Shown here: positions 16,937 to 24,677 of the stretch, in pieces | Layout: each line of letters begins with the position of its first letter | Numbering within the stretch: position 1 is the first letter of the stretch | Made by a program: the position numbers and the translations under genes | The notes under the pieces: model-generated | Databases searched by the model: none | Told to the model about the DNA's origin: nothing | The model's input: only the letters and a program-made list of their open reading frames with translations | Assembly: GCA_002778635.1 (NCBI GenBank) | Contig: PFAS01000047.1 | Span: forward strand, 3,811 to 29,889 | DNA length: 26,079 nt | From: Candidatus Falkowbacteria bacterium CG10_big_fil_rev_8_21_14_0_10_43_11 | GTDB taxonomy: Bacteria > Patescibacteriota > Patescibacteriia > Patescibacteriales > XYC2-FULL-47-12 | Reading direction: 5' to 3'

Positions 16937-17048
16937 TAGAAAAAGTCGGTACGGGTTTTGTAGGTTAGCGATCCTTAGCAGATATAAGCCCGCATGAAGA
17001 ATTCGTATCAAAGGTTCATAAAAATACGTAGTAACTATTTGAACAATT

Positions 17049-17360
17049 ATGAAGATAAAATCAGGAGACAAAGTTAAAATAATCGCCGGAAAAGATAAAG
17101 GCAAAACGGGAAAAGTGCTGCAGATTTTTCCGCGTGAGCAAAAAGCGAGCGTTGAGGGTTTGAATTTATTGATAAAACATTTGCGGCCGCGCCGCCAAGG
17201 AGAAAAAGGCCAACGAATAGAATTTCCGGCTCCGTTAAGCCTTTCCAATCTTCAGCTTATCTGCAAACAGTGCGGCCAAGCCGCCAGAGTTAATTTTAAA
17301 ATTTTAGATAGCGGAAAAAAAGCAAGAATTTGCCAAAAATGCAAACAGGTCATGGATTAA
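17049..17360 (+). CDS. rplX: 50S ribosomal protein L24 (Cys-containing: CKQC...CQKC)
   Basis: KSGDKVKIIAGKDKGKTGKV. Confidence 0.99.
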   Translation: MKIKSGDKVKIIAGKDKGKTGKVLQIFPREQKASVEGLNLLIKHLRPRRQGEKGQRIEFPAPLSLSNLQLICKQCGQAARVNFKILDSGKKARICQKCKQVMD

Positions 17361-17394
17361 TGTAATCCGAATTAATTTTGACAGCCATTTAAAT

Positions 17395-17952
17395 ATGAGA
17401 TTAATGGAAAAATACAAAAAAGAAATAATTCCGAGCTTAAAGGAAAAATTCGGTTATCCTAATGATTTGGCCGTGCCCAGAATAACGAAAGTAACCGTTA
17501 ACATCGGCGGCGGTAAATTCGTCAAAGACAGCGGGTTTTTGGAGGTGGCCGAAGAAGCGTTAAAAAAAATTACCGGACAAGCGCCGGTGAAAACTAAAGC
17601 TAAAAAATCGATTTCTTCCTTTAAAATTCGCGTCGGCATGGTTATTGGCCTAAAAGTAACTTTGCGCAAAGAGAGAATGTATGATTTTATGGAAAAATTA
17701 ATAAACATTACCTTGCCGCGCACTCGCGATTTCCGCGGCCTATCAATGAAAGGAATGGACGAGCAGGGTAATTTTAACATCGGTTTTAGCGAGCACATTG
17801 CTTTTCCGGAAGTAAATCCTGATGATATGGATAAAATCCACGGCTTAGAAGTCTGCGTTACCACCACTGCCGGAACGAAAGCGGAAGGTTTGGAACTGTT
17901 TAAATTAATTGGCATTCCTTTTAAGCAATCAGAAGAAAAAGTCGCAAAATAA
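17395..17952 (+). CDS. rplE: 50S ribosomal protein L5
   Basis: PRITKVTVNIG, KITGQAP, PRTRDFRG. Confidence 0.99.
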   Translation: MRLMEKYKKEIIPSLKEKFGYPNDLAVPRITKVTVNIGGGKFVKDSGFLEVAEEALKKITGQAPVKTKAKKSISSFKIRVGMVIGLKVTLRKERMYDFMEKLINITLPRTRDFRGLSMKGMDEQGNFNIGFSEHIAFPEVNPDDMDKIHGLEVCVTTTAGTKAEGLELFKLIGIPFKQSEEKVAK

Positions 17953-17974
17953 ATAATTAATTTTATAAAATACC

Positions 17975-18160
17975 ATGGCAACTACCGCTCAAATAGTAAA
18001 ATCAAAAAAGCATCCGAAGTATTCCACTAGAATCGTTAGACGCTGCTGGCGTTGCGGCCGCAAACACGGCTTTATGCGCGATTTTAATTTGTGCCGTATT
18101 TGTTTCCGGGAACTTGCGAATAATGCCGAGATTCCCGGCATCACCAAATCATCGTGGTAA
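17975..18160 (+). CDS. rpsN: 30S ribosomal protein S14 type Z (zinc-binding)
   Basis: CWRC...CRIC; 61 aa; position between rplE and rpsH. Confidence 0.98.
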   Translation: MATTAQIVKSKKHPKYSTRIVRRCWRCGRKHGFMRDFNLCRICFRELANNAEIPGITKSSW

Positions 18161-18213
18161 ATTAGAAATTATCAGACCGATTTTACATTATATAAAAATT
18201 ATTTAAGTAAAAT

Positions 18214-18612
18214 ATGACTGATCCAATCGCAGACATGTTAACGCGCATCCGAAACGCTCAAGCCGTCAGAAAAACGGAAATATTTTTGTCGTTCAGCAAT
18301 TTTAAATACAGTTTGGCTAATATTTTAGCCAAGGAAGGCTGGATTGAAAGCGCGGAAAAAAAGGTCAGCGGCGTTAAAAATTTAGATGAAATCGGCATTA
18401 AATTAAAATATCATAAATCAGGCAAGCCGACGATAATGAGCCTGAAGCGGATAAGCAAGCCCGGCCGGAGAGTGTACGCCGATTACGATCATTTGCCTTA
18501 TGTTCTGAACGGCTTGGGAATGGCGATTATTTCCACCTCTCGCGGTTTAATGACGAATAAAGAAGCGCGCCGCGCTAAAATCGGCGGAGAGGTTGTTTGC
18601 GAAATCTATTAA
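18214..18612 (+). CDS. rpsH: 30S ribosomal protein S8
   Basis: MTDPIADMLTRIRNA, RISKPGRRVY, STSRG, GGEVVC. Confidence 0.99.
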   Translation: MTDPIADMLTRIRNAQAVRKTEIFLSFSNFKYSLANILAKEGWIESAEKKVSGVKNLDEIGIKLKYHKSGKPTIMSLKRISKPGRRVYADYDHLPYVLNGLGMAIISTSRGLMTNKEARRAKIGGEVVCEIY

Positions 18613-18678
18613 CCCCGCAAATCTACAAATCCCGAAGCACTCGGGACAAATATCACAAATTAAGGATAAAGGAAAATT

Positions 18679-19242
18679 ATGTCGAGAATAGGAAAGTTGC
18701 CAATCAAAATCATGCCGGGAACTGAAGCCAAACTGCAGGATAATGTTATAATTATCAAAGGGCCCAAAGGAGAACTAAAACAAACGATCCATGCGGCGGT
18801 TAATGTTGACATTAATGAAGGCAAAGACGGGAAAAAAGAAATTAACATAAGCGTAAAAAACGAATCAGACAAAAAAAATCGGGCGCTTTGGGGGCTTTAT
18901 CGGGTTTTGATTGATAATATGGTGGAAGGAGTTAATAAAGGATACGCAAAACAGCTTGAGATCAACGGCGTCGGTTATCGCGCCGCGGCTGTCGGCAATA
19001 AATTAACGTTAAATTTGGGGTTTTCCCATCCGGTTGATTTTTCTTTGCCGGCAGGCATTACCGCGACGGTAGAAAAAAACGTCATTACTGTCAGCGGAAT
19101 TGACAAACAATTGGTCGGCGAAGTATCCGCTCAGATCAGGCGCATTCGCAAGCCGGAGCCCTACAAAGGCAAGGGCATAAAATATGCTACTGAAATATTG
19201 CGGCGCAAAGCGGGAAAGACGGCCGCTTCCACTGCTAAATAA
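18679..19242 (+). CDS. rplF: 50S ribosomal protein L6
   Basis: MSRIGKLP, KGPKGEL, GVGYRA, PEPYKGKGI. Confidence 0.99.
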   Translation: MSRIGKLPIKIMPGTEAKLQDNVIIIKGPKGELKQTIHAAVNVDINEGKDGKKEINISVKNESDKKNRALWGLYRVLIDNMVEGVNKGYAKQLEINGVGYRAAAVGNKLTLNLGFSHPVDFSLPAGITATVEKNVITVSGIDKQLVGEVSAQIRRIRKPEPYKGKGIKYATEILRRKAGKTAASTAK

Positions 19243-19243
19243 T

Positions 19244-19600
19244 ATGAAAAAAGAGCTTAAAAAAATAAAGCAAAATAAAAAGCAGCGCCAAACGCGCGTC
19301 AGATTTAAAATTTCCGGCACCGGTTCCCGTCCCCGTTTAAGCGTGTTCCGCAGCAATCGCGGACTTTATTTGCAATTGATTAATGACGAGCGAAATAAAA
19401 CCATCGTAAGCGTGAATGCCAAAGAAGTCAAAGATAAAGGCACAAAAAAGGAATTAAGCGCTTTAGCCGGCAAGTTGCTCGCGCAAAAAGCGATGGAGCA
19501 AGGAATTAAAGAAGCAGTTTTTGACCGCGGTGGCAATAAATATCATGGCCGGATAAAAGCGGTGGCGGAAGCGGCGAGGGAAGCGGGGCTAAAGATATAA
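19244..19600 (+). CDS. rplR: 50S ribosomal protein L18
   Basis: ATG 19244, one base after the rplF stop; RPRLSVFRSN, FDRGGNKYHGRIKA. Confidence 0.98.
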   Translation: MKKELKKIKQNKKQRQTRVRFKISGTGSRPRLSVFRSNRGLYLQLINDERNKTIVSVNAKEVKDKGTKKELSALAGKLLAQKAMEQGIKEAVFDRGGNKYHGRIKAVAEAAREAGLKI

Positions 19601-19681
19601 GTTTAAAGTTAAAAGTAAAAAGGAATGAAGACAAATTGACGGTTAATTGTAGGATTAAGTAAGTAATAAATATTTGAATTT

Positions 19682-20395
19682 ATGCCAGAAGAAATTAAAA
19701 AAAATGAAGAAGAAAAAACAGAAGAACCGGCAGTAGTGCTGGAAGAAATTGAAGTAGAAGACGAAGAGGCTAAAAAAGCTCCGGTCGCCCAGCTTAAGAG
19801 CAAAGGACGCCGAGGTTTTGGCGCGCCTTCCGGCGGTGGCGGAGGCAGGCGCCGAGGCCGTGATGATCGGAAAAACGCGGAAAAAAGCGAATACGAACAG
19901 AAGATAGTCGATATCGCTCGCGTTACGCGCGTTATGGCCGGCGGAAAACGGATGCGCTTTCGCGCTTGCGTCGTTTTGGGCAACCGCAACGGTAAAGTAG
20001 GCGTCGGTTTAGCTAAAGCGGCTGACGTCACTAACGCCATCACCAAAGCGGTGGAACAGGCCAAAAAGAACATGCTGTTAATGCAAATAGTCAACGGCAC
20101 TATCGTCCATGAAGTGCGGCATAAATTCGGCGCGGCGCGGATTTTATTAAAACCGTCCAAACAAGGAACGGGCATTATCGCGGGCGGCGCGGCGCGGATC
20201 GTGCTTGAACTTGCCGGCATTAAAAATATCGTCGGTAAAATTTTGGGCACGAGCAATTCGGTCAATAACGTAAAGTGCGTCATGGAAGCTTTAAGAAGTT
20301 TAAAATATGTTGAACCTAAGGCAAAAAAGATTAAGCCAGGCGAACCGAGGATAAATAATCAGCCAGCCGACAAAGCGGAAGTAAAAAATATTTAA
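19682..20395 (+). CDS. rpsE: 30S ribosomal protein S5 with a ~70-aa acidic then G/R-rich N-terminal extension
   Basis: RVTRVMAGGKRMRF, GVGLAKA, GTGIIAGG. Confidence 0.99.
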   Translation: MPEEIKKNEEEKTEEPAVVLEEIEVEDEEAKKAPVAQLKSKGRRGFGAPSGGGGGRRRGRDDRKNAEKSEYEQKIVDIARVTRVMAGGKRMRFRACVVLGNRNGKVGVGLAKAADVTNAITKAVEQAKKNMLLMQIVNGTIVHEVRHKFGAARILLKPSKQGTGIIAGGAARIVLELAGIKNIVGKILGTSNSVNNVKCVMEALRSLKYVEPKAKKIKPGEPRINNQPADKAEVKNI

Positions 20396-20404
20396 GATTA
20401 AATT

Positions 20405-20866
20405 ATGCTATCACTACACACAATTAAACCGGCTAAAGGTTCCACTAAAAAAATAAGGCGCATCGGCCGAGGTGATGCGTCCGGACGCGGCACTTATAGC
20501 GGCCGCGGCCAAAAGGGCCAAAAATCCCGCAGCGGCGGGCGCAAGGGCTTAAAGCGCTGGGGCATGAAACAGCTTTTGTTAAAGACGCCAAAATTGCGCG
20601 GTTTTAAAAGTTTAAAGGAAAAAAATCAAGTAGTTAATTTGGCCGACATTAATCGTTTTTTTAAAGACGGGGCGCATGTTTCTCCTAAAAGTTTGTTAAA
20701 CGCCGACTTGATTGATAATATTAAAACGACCGTAAAGATTCTAGGCACGGGGGAGTTAAAAATAAAAAATTTGGAATTTGCGGATATTAAATTAAGCAAA
20801 AGCGCGGAAGAACAAATTAAAAAAATGGACGGCAAAATTAAGGCAGAAGTAAGAAATAAGAAGTAA
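20405..20866 (+). CDS. rplO: 50S ribosomal protein L15
   Basis: GRGDASGRG..GRGQKGQKSRSG, LLKTPKLRGF. Confidence 0.99.
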   Translation: MLSLHTIKPAKGSTKKIRRIGRGDASGRGTYSGRGQKGQKSRSGGRKGLKRWGMKQLLLKTPKLRGFKSLKEKNQVVNLADINRFFKDGAHVSPKSLLNADLIDNIKTTVKILGTGELKIKNLEFADIKLSKSAEEQIKKMDGKIKAEVRNKK

Positions 20867-20882
20867 AAAGTAGCGTTTTATT

Positions 20883-22154
20883 ATGCTTGAGAAAATTTCA
20901 CAAATTTGGAAAGCGAAAGACTTGCGGCAAAGCATCTTGTTTGTTTTAGCTACGCTTGCTGTTTTTCGTCTGGCGGCGCATGTGCCCGTTCCGGGCGTTG
21001 ATGTTACCGCTTTAAAGCAGTTTTTTGCCTCTAATCAAATGCTGGGGATGATTAATTTATTTTCCGGCGGCGGCATGGAAAATTTTTCCATCGTTATGAT
21101 GGGCGTCGCGCCGTACATTACCGCGTCCATTATTTTTCAATTGCTCGCGATGATTGTGCCGTCGCTCGAAGAAATGCAAAAAGAGGAAACCGGCCGGCAA
21201 AAAATAAACATGTGGACCCGCTATCTGACGGTGCCGATGGCCATGATGCAGGCTTACGGCATGATCGCCATTTTACGCCGGTCAACGCTCGGAATCGTTT
21301 CTGACGTAAGTTCCTTAACGCTTATTTCCACTATTATTACGATAACGGCCGGCACCGTTTTTTTAATGTGGATTGGAGAACTTATTTCCGAAAAGCACAT
21401 CGGCAACGGTATTTCTTTGCTAATTTTTGCCGGCATTGTCGCCGGCCTGCCGGGAGCGATTCAACAAATGGCAGTTACTTTTGACGCTTCGCAATTATTC
21501 GTATTGATCGGTTTTGCGGCAATAGCGGTAATTACGGTCATCGGCGTGGTCATAATCAATGAAGGCCAGCGGAACGTGCCGGTAGTGTACGCGAAACAAG
21601 TCCGCGGCGGTCACATGTACGGCGGCACGCAGACGCATTTGCCCTTGCGCGTCAACATGGCGGGCGTGATGCCGATAATTTTCGCCATTTCCGTAATTTT
21701 GTTTCCTTCCATGATCGCTCAGTTTTTCATCCACGCGCGCACGGAATTTATCGCCCAAGCGGCGGAATGGACAATGCAAGCGTTTAACAATCAGCTTATT
21801 TACGGTATTGCCTATTTTATTTTGGTTTTTAGCTTCACTTATTTTTATACCGAAGTTATTTTTCATCCCGCGCAAATCGCGGAAAATTTGCAAAAGCAAG
21901 GCGCGTTTATTCCCGGCATTCGCCCGGGCAAGCATACGGAAGATTACATCGGCAAAACCACTTACAAAATTATTCTTATCGGCGCGCTGTTTCTGGCTCT
22001 CATTGCCATCTTACCTTTAATTTTACGCTATTTTACCGGAATGCAGTCGCTGGCTATCGGCGGCACGAGCATTTTAATCGTGGTCGCGGTGATTATTGAA
22101 ACGGTCAAGCAGATTGAGGCGCAGTTAACGATGCGCGAATACGAAGGATACTAA
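20883..22154 (+). CDS. secY: Preprotein translocase SecY
   Basis: MGVAPYITASII, WIGELIS..IGNGISL, GAFIPGIRPG, GGTSILI. Confidence 0.99.
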   Translation: MLEKISQIWKAKDLRQSILFVLATLAVFRLAAHVPVPGVDVTALKQFFASNQMLGMINLFSGGGMENFSIVMMGVAPYITASIIFQLLAMIVPSLEEMQKEETGRQKINMWTRYLTVPMAMMQAYGMIAILRRSTLGIVSDVSSLTLISTIITITAGTVFLMWIGELISEKHIGNGISLLIFAGIVAGLPGAIQQMAVTFDASQLFVLIGFAAIAVITVIGVVIINEGQRNVPVVYAKQVRGGHMYGGTQTHLPLRVNMAGVMPIIFAISVILFPSMIAQFFIHARTEFIAQAAEWTMQAFNNQLIYGIAYFILVFSFTYFYTEVIFHPAQIAENLQKQGAFIPGIRPGKHTEDYIGKTTYKIILIGALFLALIAILPLILRYFTGMQSLAIGGTSILIVVAVIIETVKQIEAQLTMREYEGY

Positions 22155-22196
22155 TCAATTGTCAATTAACAATTATTCAATTGCGAATTTACTGGA

Positions 22197-22228
22197 TAAA
22201 AAAACAACCGGTTGACGCCGGTGTTTTT
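22197..22228. terminator. Bidirectional terminator between convergent secY and typA
   Basis: A-tract, ACCGG-TTGACG-CCGGT, then GTTTTT. The stem is short. Confidence 0.6.
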
Positions 22229-22244
22229 AGTTAGTATAAATTTT

Positions 22245-24029
22245 TTATTTCCTTCCCGCCTGCACGCGCTCGTTTTCAGTCAGAAGCTGTTTGCGCAGGC
22301 GCACGCTTTGCGGCGTAATTTCCAAATATTCATCCGCGCGCATAATTTCCAAACCGCGTTCCAGCGTCAGGTCTAAGGGCGGCGTTAAAGTAAGCGCCTC
22401 ATCGGAAGATTTGGAGCGCATATTGGTCAGTTGCTTGCCTTTGGTCGGGTTAACCGCCATATCGTTTCCTTTGGCGACATTGCCAATCACCATGCCCTCG
22501 TACACTTCAGTATTGGCATCGATATAAAGCACGCCGCGTTCCTGCAAGTTCCACAAGGAAAATCCGAGCGTTTTTCCGGTTGCCATGGAAACCATGGAGC
22601 CCAAGTCGTTATGGTCAATTTCGCCCGCATACGGCTTAAAGCCGATAAAGCGATTGCATAAAATGCCTTCGCCGCGCGTGTCAATTACGAATTCGCCGCG
22701 GTAACCGAGCAAACCGCGAGTCGGAATTTCGTAAATTAAGCGCGTATGGTTTTGTTCCGGCCGCATTTCAATCATCGTGCCTTTGCGCTTGGCTAGTTTG
22801 GCAATGACCGCGCCACAGGAAATTTGCGGCACATCAATAATCAATTCTTCAAACGGCTCATGTTTTGCGCCGTCAATTTCTTTGATAATTACTTGCGGCT
22901 GGGACACTTGCAATTCAAAACCTTCGCGCCGCATGTTTTCCAGTAGTATCGCGATGTGCAGCTCGCCGCGGCCGTAGACTTTATAAAATTCCACGGGCGA
23001 AAAATCTATTTTTAAACCAACATTTACTTCCAATTCTTTTTCCAGCCGCTCTTTGATTTGGCGGTTGGTGACAAATTTGCCTTCGCGTCCGGCTAACGGG
23101 GAATTGTTTACTAAAAAATTAAGCGAAATCGTCGGTTCGTCGATTTTAATCGCGGGCAAAAGCGTTTGTTCTTTATCCGTGCAAACGGTATCGCCGATAT
23201 AAATGTCCGGTAAACCGGCAAGCATCACAATATCGCCGGCCATGGCTTCCGGCGTTTCTTTGCGGGTTAAACCCTCAAAGGTAAAGAGTTTAGTAATAAC
23301 GCCCGCGATGATTTCACCGGTTATTTTTTTGACAAAAACTTTATCGCCCGTTTTGATTGAACCCTGATAAACGCGGCCGATGCCCAAGCGGCCCAGGTAA
23401 TTATCGTAAGCTAAATTAAAAGGCTGAAAAGCAAACGGCAAACTAATATCCGCTTTCGCCGCCGGAACTTTGGCTAATATTGAATCTAGCAGGGGAGTTA
23501 AATCTTTACCTTCATCGCTAAGTTTTAATTTGGCGACGCCTTCTTTGGCAATGGCGTATACGGTCGCAAAATTTAACTGTTCGTCAGTCGCGCCCAGGTC
23601 CATAAAGAGTTCCAGTACTTGTTCGTGCGTCCATTCGGGCCGCGCCGCCGGTTTGTCAATTTTATTAATGACGACAATCGGTTTTAAGCCCAGTTCCAAT
23701 GATTTTTTTAAAACAAACTTAGTCTGCGGCATTGGACCTTCCTGCGCGTCCACGACCAGTAATACTGAATCAATGGAACGCAGCACGCGCTCCACTTCGC
23801 TGCCGAAATCGGCGTGCCCGGGAGTGTCCACGATGTTTATTTTAGTATCTTTATAAAATACCGACGTGTTTTTGGAATAAATGGTAATGCCGCGTTCGCG
23901 TTCCAGGGCGTTTGAATCCATACTGACCGTGTCATCTTTAACCATGCCGGTTTGGCGCATTAAAGCATCGGTCAAGCGGGTCTTGCCGTGGTCCACATGT
24001 GCTATGATTGCTATATTTCTAATTTCCAT
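22245..24029 (-). CDS. typA: Translational GTPase TypA/BipA
   Basis: AHVDHGKT, RGITI, DTPGHADFGSEVER, GRGELHIAILLENMRREGFE, ITPQSVRLRK. Confidence 0.99.
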   Translation of the reverse strand: MEIRNIAIIAHVDHGKTRLTDALMRQTGMVKDDTVSMDSNALERERGITIYSKNTSVFYKDTKINIVDTPGHADFGSEVERVLRSIDSVLLVVDAQEGPMPQTKFVLKKSLELGLKPIVVINKIDKPAARPEWTHEQVLELFMDLGATDEQLNFATVYAIAKEGVAKLKLSDEGKDLTPLLDSILAKVPAAKADISLPFAFQPFNLAYDNYLGRLGIGRVYQGSIKTGDKVFVKKITGEIIAGVITKLFTFEGLTRKETPEAMAGDIVMLAGLPDIYIGDTVCTDKEQTLLPAIKIDEPTISLNFLVNNSPLAGREGKFVTNRQIKERLEKELEVNVGLKIDFSPVEFYKVYGRGELHIAILLENMRREGFELQVSQPQVIIKEIDGAKHEPFEELIIDVPQISCGAVIAKLAKRKGTMIEMRPEQNHTRLIYEIPTRGLLGYRGEFVIDTRGEGILCNRFIGFKPYAGEIDHNDLGSMVSMATGKTLGFSLWNLQERGVLYIDANTEVYEGMVIGNVAKGNDMAVNPTKGKQLTNMRSKSSDEALTLTPPLDLTLERGLEIMRADEYLEITPQSVRLRKQLLTENERVQAGRK

Positions 24030-24146
24030 AAAATTTTAGAAAAAAATAAGCCGCCGCAAAGTAGCTTTATCCAAACACCTTCCAGTTCACCTCCGCGCCA
24101 AATTTTAATATGGAGATGAAGGTGTCCGGATTTATTTTATTAATCA

Positions 24147-24175
24147 AGTATAGCGTAAAAAGCAGTCTTTGTCAA
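24147..24175 (-). promoter_or_regulatory. typA sigma70 promoter
   Basis: Minus strand: TTGACA (24175-24170), 17 nt, TATACT (24152-24147). Confidence 0.8.
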
Positions 24176-24186
24176 AGCGACAGGGC

Positions 24187-24639
24187 GTAACCACTCACCA
24201 CTCCCAACATTTTTACCCAGTATTTATTTCAATTTTAGCTAAAAATATACTAAAATAGGGATATATGAAAGGAGAGCTAACAATTGAACAAAGATTAAAG
24301 CAGGTTAACAGCCGCCTCAAGAATGAAAACGCTAAACTGCGTTTAGAAAATAAAACCTGGCGTAGCCAGAGGTGACGGAGCTGGAGTTAAAGTTGGAAGA
24401 TAAAGAATTACAGCGCAAGAATCTGCTGGCCGACCTTCATAACTTCAAACTGTCTGAGGGTGAAATAGCCAATCAGTGGCTGTTCGCGTTCGGTAAGCTC
24501 GGCCAAAATCATGGAAACGAACGCTTCAGTGATTGATACTCTGATGATGCGGGAACCAAACAAATCTTTTACGGAGGTTATCTTGCCTAAATTGAAGGAG
24601 TTGCGGGGTGAGAATTAGTTGGGGGGCGTGAGTGGATAC
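24187..24639 (+). mobile_element. Internally deleted IS66-family element (453 bp, non-autonomous)
   Basis: 22-bp TIRs, 18/22 identical: left GTAACCACTCACCACTCCCAAC (24187-24208); right reverse complement GTATCCACTCACGCCCCCCAAC (24618-24639). Frameshifted coiled-coil N-terminus from ATG 24265. C-terminal remnant RVK*PISGCSRSVSSAKIMETNASVIDTL matches the IS66 KVKQKISGCFRS-type motif. Confidence 0.8.
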
Positions 24640-24677
24640 AGTAATATCTGGTGTATTTGATATTTTACTGATCATAT

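Noticed and set aside
17049-18160. Cys motifs in L24 and S14 as unusual
   Set aside because: Zinc-binding variants of these r-proteins are known; not novel.
20396-20404. Absence of rpmD (L30) as a novelty
   Set aside because: Real (only 9 nt between rpsE and rplO) but an established CPR trait; used only as taxonomic evidence.
3513-22183. Intergenic repeats as a CRISPR array
   Set aside because: There are no equal-length repeats separated by unique ~30-40-nt spacers; units are 7-10 nt or dispersed, and no cas genes are present.
4907-23856. Antisense/alternate-frame ORFs over r-protein genes, fusA, tuf, secY and typA (e.g. 9336-9758, 17454-17981, 19609-20283, 21495-21935, 23470-23856)
   Set aside because: Shadow ORFs of conserved genes with no motifs or independent signals.
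24179-24647. 8-bp target-site duplication around the IS66 remnant
   Set aside because: The flanks GACAGGGC and AGTAATAT do not match.
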